From positions 240,001 to 272,000 of the forward strand of contig NC_010814.1 in assembly GCF_000020385.1 (NCBI RefSeq): DNA of 32,000 nucleotides, written 5' to 3'. The notes under the pieces were generated by a model. The model did not search any database and was not told where the DNA came from. It was given only the letters and a program-made list of their open reading frames with translations. Numbering within the stretch: the first letter of the stretch is position 1; every line of letters begins with the position of its first letter. Position numbers and translations under genes: made by a program. This document shows, piece after piece, positions 8,855 through 15,937 of the stretch. This DNA is from Trichlorobacter lovleyi SZ (lineage in GTDB: Bacteria; Desulfobacterota; Desulfuromonadia; Geobacterales; Pseudopelobacteraceae).

Positions 8855-9310
8855 ATGCCCACAAAAATCACTCTCAACCCCGGCTATGCCGGCGGTGTTT
8901 ATGTTCTCGACCATGGCGAGTTCTATACCTGTCTGGGCTTCGATGTTGTCTTGAAGAAGGCGGCAGCCCTGGCAACGGAACTGAACTCTCCTGAACACTC
9001 CCCTGTTCCAACCGAACGCGGCACCATGGCAGCTTATCGCAAGTACTCTGCCCTGGTTGATAAAGCCCGCCAGAAGAATATCTCAACCGGATGGCGCTCG
9101 CGTGTTGACCTGACAGCCGATCTGATCGGTCTGGAGGGAAAACGCGTGGAGGTCATCGACTGCTACGGAGATCGCCGACGTTTCATTGTTGGTCGGTCAA
9201 CCGGGTGGATACCATGCCACCTGGAGATCAAATCCCGGAGCAGTTCCGGGGGTGAAGCTGTCTGGGGAACTCCGTTTCGTTCAGTACGAGTAGTCGGGGG
9301 TACGGCATGA
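8855..9310 (+). CDS. hypothetical protein (151 aa)
   Basis: AAAGGAGATAG SD and coding-length ORF on the operon strand. Confidence 0.6.
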   Translation: MPTKITLNPGYAGGVYVLDHGEFYTCLGFDVVLKKAAALATELNSPEHSPVPTERGTMAAYRKYSALVDKARQKNISTGWRSRVDLTADLIGLEGKRVEVIDCYGDRRRFIVGRSTGWIPCHLEIKSRSSSGGEAVWGTPFRSVRVVGGTA

Positions 9311-9858
9311 ACATAGGCCATCACACTACAGGAGGTACGAGAAGAATGACTGTAAAAACCGTCATCTCTGCGGCGAAGGAATTCGGCGTACCGGAACGCT
9401 ATGCGATCATGCGCCGGCTTTCATTCCTGCAACCGCAAATCAAACATCTGGAACGTGAAATCTGGGGAGCCCAACGGCGGATCGAGCGAAGTTCTGATCC
9501 GCTGGTAAAGGCCCTGACTGAATCCTTCATCAGAGACCAGGAAAAGGAGCTGCGCCCCCTGAAACGGGAGGCAACAGCGCTTCTCAACCATGTCAACGGC
9601 AAGGAGACGGTGCTGGCACCCGGCGGGATCACCCCGGAGATGATCGACCAGGCCCGTCAGTATCCCATCACCAGCATCATCGACTTTTCCAAAGGGCGGT
9701 ATCGATGCTGTCCGTTTCACAAGGACCGCAATCCGTCCATGGCGCTTTACGATAACCATGTCCATTGCTTTGTCTGCAACCGGTCATGGGATTCAATCAG
9801 CGCCACGATGGAACTGGATGGTGTGAACTTCCGGGAGGCAGTACTGGCGCTCCAGTAA
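9307..9858 (+). CDS. CHC2 (DnaG-type) zinc-finger protein without recognisable TOPRIM/primase catalytic domain
   Basis: C-terminus has CCPFHKDRNPSMALYDNHVHCFVCNRSWDSI, which fits the zf-CHC2 pattern. ATGA overlap with the upstream gene. An alternative start is at 9346 after GGAGG. Confidence 0.7.
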   Translation: MNIGHHTTGGTRRMTVKTVISAAKEFGVPERYAIMRRLSFLQPQIKHLEREIWGAQRRIERSSDPLVKALTESFIRDQEKELRPLKREATALLNHVNGKETVLAPGGITPEMIDQARQYPITSIIDFSKGRYRCCPFHKDRNPSMALYDNHVHCFVCNRSWDSISATMELDGVNFREAVLALQ

Positions 9859-9884
9859 CCTGAATCAATATCAATCAACCCTAT

Positions 9885-9939
9885 GGGGGCGGACACTGCC
9901 CCTTGGGGGAGTCCGCCCTCAACAATTTAGGAGGCGGAC
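9885..9939 (+). promoter_or_regulatory. structured 5' leader L6 (triad with covarying sequence)
   Basis: 9885-9894 gggggcggac pairs with 9911-9920 gtccgccctc (10 bp, one G-U). 9911-9917 gtccgcc is the complement of 9933-9939 ggcggac, which covers the 3' half of the SD through position -1. ATG at 9940. Confidence 0.55.
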
Positions 9940-10431
9940 ATGAATCTCGATCTCTTCGGAGAACCAGCAGCACCGACAACAAAAAGAATCTTCATAAAAT
10001 CAATCGAAGCCCGTTATCGCAACGAGGTTGTCAGAGACAACGCCCCTCAGTGGGTATCAATGCGGTTTACGCAACCCCAGCAGGTATTCGAGATGTTCCG
10101 GGATCTCCGTCTGGAGACAAAGGAGCACTTCATAGTTCTGCATCTGGACGGCAAAAACCGGATCGTCTGCTTTGATCGAGTATCGATTGGATCGCTCAAC
10201 CAGGCCATTGTCCATAGCCGCGAGGTCTTCAAAACGGCATGCCTCTCGAATGCGGCGGCCGTGCTCCTCGTGCATAATCATCCTACAGGTGACCCGACAC
10301 CCAGCCAGGAAGATATCGCCATCACCAGACGTCTCAAGGAAAGTGGCGAGATCCTCGGCATCAAGGTGCTTGATCACATCATAGTCGGTGATGACGAGTT
10401 CCTGAGTTTTGTTGAAAGGGGACTCTTGTAA
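9940..10431 (+). CDS. radC: RadC-like JAB/MPN domain protein
   Basis: LVHNHPTGDPTPSQEDI is the JAMM-type HNHPSG-x-PS motif. The 163-aa size is typical of mobile-element RadC. Confidence 0.9.
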   Translation: MNLDLFGEPAAPTTKRIFIKSIEARYRNEVVRDNAPQWVSMRFTQPQQVFEMFRDLRLETKEHFIVLHLDGKNRIVCFDRVSIGSLNQAIVHSREVFKTACLSNAAAVLLVHNHPTGDPTPSQEDIAITRRLKESGEILGIKVLDHIIVGDDEFLSFVERGLL

Positions 10432-10478
10432 ATAATGAGGGAGCGGCGCTCAAACGCCCTCCCTCGGCTCTTCCCCCA

Positions 10479-10538
10479 GCCCAAAAGGGTTCCTTAGAGC
10501 CACCGTTCCAGCGGTGGTTGTAGGGAGCCCTTTTGGGC
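10479..10538 (+). other. 60-nt imperfect extended hairpin (unknown role: ncRNA, ssDNA structure or processing site)
   Basis: 10479-10493 gcccaaaagggttcc pairs with 10524-10538 ggagcccttttgggc (15 bp, one G-U). The inner stem is 10500-10505 ccaccg with 10512-10517 cggtgg. It is preceded by a second hairpin, 10437-10443 gagggag with 10459-10465 ctccctc. No U-tract follows either hairpin. Confidence 0.45.
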
Positions 10539-10568
10539 CACCATCACAACGATAAGGGGGATAGAGTC

Positions 10569-10706
10569 ATGTCAGTTCGAGCACGCATTAACGGTAGGGA
10601 GTTCACACTGAGTTGGGAGGAGTTTGAGAAGGCTCTGCAGAGAAACAATCTTGCAGGAGGCGAATTCGAGGTTCTTGCCATTCTTTCGGGGGTGAAACCC
10701 TACTAG
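10569..10706 (+). CDS. possible small ORF (45 aa, MSVRARINGREFTLSWEEFEKALQRNNLAGGEFEVLAILSGVKPY)
   Basis: ATG preceded by AAGGGGGA with a terminator 35 nt downstream. It is below the ORF-track length cut-off and has no recognisable motif. Confidence 0.3.
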   Translation: MSVRARINGREFTLSWEEFEKALQRNNLAGGEFEVLAILSGVKPY

Positions 10707-10724
10707 CATCTTCAGTCCGGATAC

Positions 10725-10768
10725 CAGTCCGGTCTGGATAGAGGCGGCCCTAGTGGTCGCCTTTTATT
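10725..10768 (+). repeat. direct repeat copy 1 (contains terminator hairpin 10742-10762 plus TTTATT)
   Basis: cagtccggtctggatagaggcggccctagtggtcgccttttatt. 38 of 44 positions are identical to 12419-12462 by hand alignment. Confidence 0.65.
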
Positions 10769-10817
10769 CGTTGATGAACATAATAATCTTCCCGTAACAA
10801 TACTCAATAGTCTAGCG

Positions 10818-10846
10818 TTGACAACTCACAATAATCTAGCTAGTAT
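10818..10846 (+). promoter_or_regulatory. candidate sigma70 promoter of the Fic gene
   Basis: TTGACA (10818-10823), a 17-nt spacer, then TAGTAT (10841-10846). It is flanked by two AATARTCTAGC direct repeats (10805-10815 and 10830-10840). Confidence 0.4.
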
Positions 10847-10882
10847 GAGACAAAATAACCTAGCCGAGACAGAGGTATGGAT

Positions 10883-12409
10883 ATGGCAACAACACCAGCA
10901 CAACGCAGACTTGCTGATGCACTCGACGTCCTGAAAAAACTGCAGGATGGTGGGAAGACTGCAGTAAAATCGAGTGACCTGACTCGATTACAGCGGGAAA
11001 GTCTTGTCAGCAACGGATTCCTGCGACTGATTGTTAAAGGATGGTATATGCCATCCCGTCCGGGAGAGGACACCGGTGACAGCACTCCCTGGTATGCAGC
11101 AATGCGTGACTTTATTCATGGCTACTGCGATGAGAGATTTGGCGATAATTGGCATGTATCGGCAGAATACTCATTGCTTTTACACGCCGGCACAACAATC
11201 TCGCCACGGCAGGTTGTGATTCACTCGCCGCTTGGGAAAAACGGCCTGTTGCAGCTACCGGACGATTGTTCAATCCTTGATTATAAGGCCAAGGATTTCC
11301 CGTCAGCAGCAAAAATACAAGCCGTTGATGGAGTCAGAGCTCTTATCCTGCCTTTAGCACTCATCCGTGTGCCGGAAGCATTTTTCGTCACATTTGCACA
11401 GGATGCACAAATTGCCCTGCATCAACTTCGTGATGCATCAGAACTCAATCGCGAACTGCTCGAAGGGGGCCATAGTACAATTTCCGGACGTCTTGCCGGT
11501 GCATTGCGGGCATCTGGCCGTAAAGAATTGGCGGATGATGTGTTAGCAACCATGCGGGCTGCAGGGTTTGTGGTGAACGAAACAAATCCATTTAACGTTA
11601 CACCACCAAGTCTGCAATTCACAAGAGCACAATCACCGTACGTTCTTCGTATGCGCTTGATGTGGCAAGCAATGAGGGAAACAGTAATTGCCTGTTTCCC
11701 ACTCGAACCTGGCACTCCAGCAGATATTGATAAATATATGGAGGTTGTTGAGGAAACCTACCAGACCGATGCCTATCACTCTCTGTCGATTGAGGGGTAC
11801 CGTGTAACTGCCGAGCTTATTCAGAAGGTTGCTACCGGAAACTGGAATCCCGATGATAATGCTTCTGACGCAGAAGCAAAAAATGCCATGGCTGCTCATG
11901 GGTACTGGCTTGCGCATAATGAGGTTAAGGCAACGATCAGAGGCATTCTTGCAGGTGCAAACCCGGGCGCTGCATTCCGCCTGGACCACGGTTCATGGTA
12001 TCGCAAGCTTTTCACGCCGAATGTCGATGCCGGCTTTCTCAAGCCGGCGGATCTAGCCGGTTATCGGGCAGACAAGGTATTTATCCGGAACGCATCCCAT
12101 GTCCCGCCTTCCCAGGAAGCGGTCCGTGACATGATGCCGGAACTGTGCGACTTGCTGGAGGCGGAGCCCAACGCAGCCGTACGTGCCGTTCTTGGACATT
12201 TTCTTTTCGTGTACATCCATCCGTATTTTGATGGCAATGGTAGATTGGGCCGGTTCCTGATGAATACCATGCTGGCGTCTGGTGGATATCCGTGGACAGT
12301 AATCCGCATTGAGCTGCGGGGTGACTATATGGCAGCGCTTGAAGCGGCGAGTTCGCAAAAAGAAATAAAACCTTTTGCAGAATTCATAGCAAGTTCGATG
12401 AACAGATAA
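10883..12409 (+). CDS. Fic/DOC family protein with N-terminal wHTH-like region
   Basis: The canonical Fic motif HPYFDGNGRLGR lies near the C-terminus. GAGG sits 7 nt before the ATG at 10883, and an in-frame ATG at 10877 is also possible. Confidence 0.9.
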   Translation: MATTPAQRRLADALDVLKKLQDGGKTAVKSSDLTRLQRESLVSNGFLRLIVKGWYMPSRPGEDTGDSTPWYAAMRDFIHGYCDERFGDNWHVSAEYSLLLHAGTTISPRQVVIHSPLGKNGLLQLPDDCSILDYKAKDFPSAAKIQAVDGVRALILPLALIRVPEAFFVTFAQDAQIALHQLRDASELNRELLEGGHSTISGRLAGALRASGRKELADDVLATMRAAGFVVNETNPFNVTPPSLQFTRAQSPYVLRMRLMWQAMRETVIACFPLEPGTPADIDKYMEVVEETYQTDAYHSLSIEGYRVTAELIQKVATGNWNPDDNASDAEAKNAMAAHGYWLAHNEVKATIRGILAGANPGAAFRLDHGSWYRKLFTPNVDAGFLKPADLAGYRADKVFIRNASHVPPSQEAVRDMMPELCDLLEAEPNAAVRAVLGHFLFVYIHPYFDGNGRLGRFLMNTMLASGGYPWTVIRIELRGDYMAALEAASSQKEIKPFAEFIASSMNR

Positions 12410-12418
12410 GTTGCCTAG

Positions 12419-12462
12419 CAATCCGGTCAGGATAGAGGCGGCCCAAATGGCCGCCATTTATT
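12419..12462 (+). repeat. direct repeat copy 2
   Basis: caatccggtcaggatagaggcggcccaaatggccgccatttatt. See copy 1. Confidence 0.65.
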
Positions 12463-12465
12463 ATT
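12437..12465. terminator. bidirectional intrinsic terminator between the convergent Fic and TIR genes
   Basis: The stem ggcggcc (12437-12443) pairs with ggccgcc (12449-12455) and is followed by a T-rich tail ATTTATTATT. It is A/T-rich on both sides. Confidence 0.6.
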
Positions 12466-12478
12466 GGTACAATAGTAT

Positions 12479-12952
12479 TTATCGTTGCCCGGTAGCTGAC
12501 TTCAACATTCGATGAAAATCGCCTGATGACTTTACTGACGCATAAGAAGCCCTGAGAGATTCTGATTTTTCAAGTAGAACACTGCTATCATTATTATACA
12601 GTCTTACAAATTCTGCTAAATGTTCGGGTCTATTCATTATCGGCCAAATATCTAAATATTCCGGCAAACTGACGCCATCAATTTTGTATGAACAGATACG
12701 CCTATCAGCTTCAGAAGCAACCCCTACTTCAAAAGGGACCCACCAAGAACCTGATGTATTGTGTGACATTATCGCCATTAAATGGCTACAGTCACCTATT
12801 CTTGACATAATAACATCAGTAATATTTTTAGATCGTTGCAGTACTTCATCAAATTCATCAATATAGCACTTAATCTTGTTGGCCTCCAAATATGCGTATA
12901 TCTTGAGAGCAGATGCTTTATCTGCTTTACGATGAGACAAAAACACTGGCAT
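12479..12952 (-). CDS. small stand-alone TIR domain protein (157 aa)
   Basis: N-terminal MPVFLSHRKADK, then SGSWWVPFEVG with a candidate catalytic Glu. GGGAGG SD. Confidence 0.8.
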   Translation of the reverse strand: MPVFLSHRKADKASALKIYAYLEANKIKCYIDEFDEVLQRSKNITDVIMSRIGDCSHLMAIMSHNTSGSWWVPFEVGVASEADRRICSYKIDGVSLPEYLDIWPIMNRPEHLAEFVRLYNNDSSVLLEKSESLRASYASVKSSGDFHRMLKSATGQR

Positions 12953-12964
12953 AAATACCTCCCG

Positions 12965-13513
12965 TTATTGACAGCTACGATTATTAACGAACCGATCTCT
13001 CGGATTTACAATTAGATTTGTTTTTGAAGTCCTTGCCAGAAATGCATTATGTATTGCATTAGCCAGAGTGTCCTTGCGCGTTGGGTACTCGATCCATCGT
13101 GCATAGCAATCTACTTGCTGATCATTTTGCTTCAAATTCAAGTTCAGTCTGTTTGGGAAGTTGGTTCCACTTTTAAAACTAGGCAACTTAATCCCAAGTA
13201 AGCCATTGGGTGTCAATGTATTGCCGCTTCTTAGAGACGATTGTATCTCCCAGTCAACATACCTACGAGCCCACGTGCATTTACCCATAAGTACAATTGT
13301 TACCGTGGAATCTTTCAGATATAATTCCCTGATTCGCTTCATAACATAATCAGTATCTGTGCTACTAATTATGCTTTCCTCCATATCAACGCCCAGAACT
13401 CTCGATATGAATACATTTCGTTCATCAGAAAAAGTAGTTATGAAATCATTGACTTCCACTTGGTCTGCGTGGTGATAGGTAATAAATACTTTGTGTCGTA
13501 CGTTGTTACTCAT
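12965..13513 (-). CDS. ThsB-like TIR protein (DUF1863 / MTH538 TIR-like class)
   Basis: KVFITYHHADQ and STVTIVLMGKCTWARRYVDWEI parallel the ThsB pattern (VFFSFHY ... SVTCVLIGSQTFNRRWVRYEI). AGGAGA SD. Confidence 0.8.
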   Translation of the reverse strand: MSNNVRHKVFITYHHADQVEVNDFITTFSDERNVFISRVLGVDMEESIISSTDTDYVMKRIRELYLKDSTVTIVLMGKCTWARRYVDWEIQSSLRSGNTLTPNGLLGIKLPSFKSGTNFPNRLNLNLKQNDQQVDCYARWIEYPTRKDTLANAIHNAFLARTSKTNLIVNPRDRFVNNRSCQ

Positions 13514-13551
13514 AATGGTCTCCTATAAATTTAGTTTTAAAGGCACAAATT

Positions 13552-15573
13552 CTAAGTGGAAAGATTCTTTAGACCTTGAATTATCAGATATATGCACTCA
13601 TCCACAAAAGGGGTTGCCATAAGTCGTAAATACGTCGCCTCGTCAAGCCCTGCATTCTTTGATATTGTCGAAACATCAATTCCTTCGAGGATTGTCTTTA
13701 CTTGTCCGTAGTTTGCATTATTGCCGCTCTTCGAGGCTAAGGTTTGAAGATCAACATACTCTGCATTATAAGTAACCTGCCATGTCTCAGTAAGTGAGTC
13801 TGGATAAGGTTCCTGGCGTAATATCTTACAGACCTCGCCAACAATACCGCCGAATGCGCCCAACAGATAAATAGGTTTATTTTTGTCTATTGCGATAAGT
13901 ATTTCTTCCAAAACTCCTGGCATTTTACCGTTGTATCCTGAAATCTTACCGCCCGCGCATACTCTAGCGTGTGAGGAGTCGATGGATTGTTGGCGCATTT
14001 CTGTGAGACAGCGAGACCAAATATATTTATTCTGAGGTGATGTGGGAGGAAGATATTGATCAGTGTCAACATCATTAGCAATATCGGCTGGAATATCGTG
14101 TTCGACAGTGTTCATAACTGCTCTATAATTTGCACGCCACGAGGTCATTTCTTTATCAGCCTTATGGATTGGCCATGCTAAATGATTTTCCACATGTATG
14201 TCATGGGTATTGAGACGGGATTTCAATGCCACAGCTTCATTGAGGATAAATTCTGTAAAGCCATCCTTGCGTAAGTCCCCTCCATAGATCAACGTGGCAG
14301 ATCTGGCAAGCAGGTGTCTTGCAAGATCTTGGGCCAGCCTTACAGATTGGCTTGTGGGGAGATGGTGCTCTTTAAAACAGCCACTTGCGACATCAGAGAC
14401 AGAGATGCCAACTCGTAAACCTTTTAGCGAATTATTGTCAGAACTGCTCCAAAGAGGGGTAAATGTTTCAATCGATAGATGGCTATGCCACTCGCCTTCT
14501 TCAGAATAAATTGGAGGTTCCGGATAACAGAGTTTATTTTTCTGGTCATCTGACTTCAACGTAAGAAGTTGACGAATTTCAGGTGGTCGGGAAAAGAGAG
14601 CACATCTGCTGTCGATCCAGCCTCTTGCTTGATAATGCTCAAGTGAGGACAGAGCATGGCAGTGGCGTATAGTCTCCAGAATTGCGGCGGTGAGTATTTT
14701 GAGTACATCTGATTCCTTGAGCGGGGATTCTGGCGATATATGAACACATGGTATATTCGAACCAGCGGGAAAGATTCTGTCTTCAAATTCCTCCAAACAG
14801 TTGATGGCTATCATTGGCCGGTGATGCTCTTTTGCACTTAAAATTTCCCGCTGACACCAATATCGAGATGAATAATCGTCACTACAAATCGCCAACACAG
14901 TTGATTCTTTAATGCTTTTAATTATTTCCTCGTCAAACTTGAATCCTGGGGAAATTGTCGTGGCATCAAAAAAATGAGACATGTTTGTAGTGTCGATAAA
15001 TCGCTTAATTGATTCTGCGTGTAAACGTCCGGTGTCTCCACTCTTTGCATGGCTGAGAAATAATTTTATGGAAGATGACTTTCCATGGTCCTGTTCTTCT
15101 ATTTCAATAAAACCATGTCGATATAATTCATGTGCCATGGCAAGTACCGTATTTTGAACCATGTATTCCTTCTGCCACTCATATACACGAATGAAATTAA
15201 TGTTTTTGAGGCTTCCCCCACCACCGTGCCCAAGCCCCTCATGGGACAATGCAACAGGAACTGCCCGCATTGTTCGAGTAAGCTTCAGATTGTTGATGTA
15301 ATTGTCCCATAATGTGTATCCTCTCGTATTGACACTCGTAAAAACAAATAAAACATTCCGTAAAGCGAGTTCACTCGGGAGGTCATTGGGTACGTCGGTC
15401 GGACTGCATGAACTATAGAAAAAAATTGGAATATTTAGATTTCGAGAAAAAGGACGATTGATATCCCTTGAAAAGCACCTAGTAATTGCTTCTAGGATCG
15501 GATCAACGGTATCACTGTCCAATGGATGCCATATGAAGTGAACTGCAATAGGTGGTTTGTATTGTGGGGACAT
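13552..15573 (-). CDS. multidomain TIR-SLOG protein (N-terminal TIR-like region, central TIR, C-terminal SLOG/STALD-like domain)
   Basis: The central region has KLFLSHAKSGD ... DDYSSRYWCQREI (TIR). The C-terminus has LIYGGDLRKDGFTEF and GKMPGVLEEILIA ... LLGAFGGIVGEV, which resemble the LOG/SLOG glycine-rich and PGGxGTxEE-type motifs. GAAGGA SD. Confidence 0.8.
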   Translation of the reverse strand: MSPQYKPPIAVHFIWHPLDSDTVDPILEAITRCFSRDINRPFSRNLNIPIFFYSSCSPTDVPNDLPSELALRNVLFVFTSVNTRGYTLWDNYINNLKLTRTMRAVPVALSHEGLGHGGGGSLKNINFIRVYEWQKEYMVQNTVLAMAHELYRHGFIEIEEQDHGKSSSIKLFLSHAKSGDTGRLHAESIKRFIDTTNMSHFFDATTISPGFKFDEEIIKSIKESTVLAICSDDYSSRYWCQREILSAKEHHRPMIAINCLEEFEDRIFPAGSNIPCVHISPESPLKESDVLKILTAAILETIRHCHALSSLEHYQARGWIDSRCALFSRPPEIRQLLTLKSDDQKNKLCYPEPPIYSEEGEWHSHLSIETFTPLWSSSDNNSLKGLRVGISVSDVASGCFKEHHLPTSQSVRLAQDLARHLLARSATLIYGGDLRKDGFTEFILNEAVALKSRLNTHDIHVENHLAWPIHKADKEMTSWRANYRAVMNTVEHDIPADIANDVDTDQYLPPTSPQNKYIWSRCLTEMRQQSIDSSHARVCAGGKISGYNGKMPGVLEEILIAIDKNKPIYLLGAFGGIVGEVCKILRQEPYPDSLTETWQVTYNAEYVDLQTLASKSGNNANYGQVKTILEGIDVSTISKNAGLDEATYLRLMATPFVDECIYLIIQGLKNLST

Positions 15574-15585
15574 TCTATTTCCTTC

Positions 15586-15849
15586 TTACCGTGTCATTTT
15601 TTTGGACGGCCTCTGCGCCAACGCGCTTGCCGCGGCTGTTTTTGACGTTTTGCTTGTTCGCCCGTCACGTAGTACACTTGATGCCGCCGACGCCGCTGCT
15701 TCCGATGTCACCTTTTTAGGTGCGTTTGTCTGTGAAAGTGTGCTACCTGCCGCAGTTTTTGATTTCGGAGCAGTATTGCCACTTTTTAACGTTTTTGCTG
15801 CACTTGATGCCGCCTTTGGCCCTGTTACCCCAGATTTTACCTTTGACAT
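15586..15849 (-). CDS. small basic Ala/Ser/Lys/Thr-rich repeat protein (87 aa)
   Basis: AGGAG SD 6 nt upstream. It is the first gene of the operon and stops 12 nt before the TIR-SLOG start. It has four degenerate repeats with an AA-S-x-L core (AAKTLKS, AAGSTLSQ, AASSVLRD, AAASALAQ). Confidence 0.55.
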   Translation of the reverse strand: MSKVKSGVTGPKAASSAAKTLKSGNTAPKSKTAAGSTLSQTNAPKKVTSEAAASAASSVLRDGRTSKTSKTAAASALAQRPSKKMTR

Positions 15850-15867
15850 TTCAATCTCCTTTTTTTC

Positions 15868-15896
15868 TTGAAGTTTTCTATCATGAAGGGTATAAA
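15868..15896 (+). promoter_or_regulatory. candidate promoter for the WYL regulator gene
   Basis: TTGAAG (15868-15873), 17 nt, then TATAAA (15891-15896). Confidence 0.35.
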
Positions 15897-15908
15897 AACT
15901 GTACGCAT

Positions 15909-15937
15909 AATATATATACGGATAGTTGCTATGTCAA
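15909..15937 (-). promoter_or_regulatory. candidate promoter for the TIR operon
   Basis: On the minus strand, TTGACA (15937-15932), 17 nt, then TATATT (15914-15909). This is close to consensus. Confidence 0.4.

Larger units (their letters stand above)
1..10768 (+). mobile_element. ICE / conjugative-element style accessory (maintenance / anti-restriction type) gene block, partial
   Basis: All genes are on the + strand. The content is vWA/CobT-like, methyltransferase-helicase fusion, CHC2 zinc finger and RadC plus many small unknown ORFs, which is typical of integrative conjugative element backbones. The block ends at a terminator and a composition change. No transfer genes lie inside the window, so the element type is inferred. 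Confidence 0.45.

Noticed and set aside
2392-9939. The intergenic hairpins as rho-independent terminators
   Set aside because: None is followed by a U-tract. In each case the 3' arm is complementary to the next gene's SD, which fits a leader function better.
15557-15871. 104-aa + strand ORF
   Set aside because: It is the mirror frame of the Ala/Ser-rich small protein gene and overlaps the TIR-SLOG start. It has no SD, whereas the minus-strand ORF has AGGAG and operon context.
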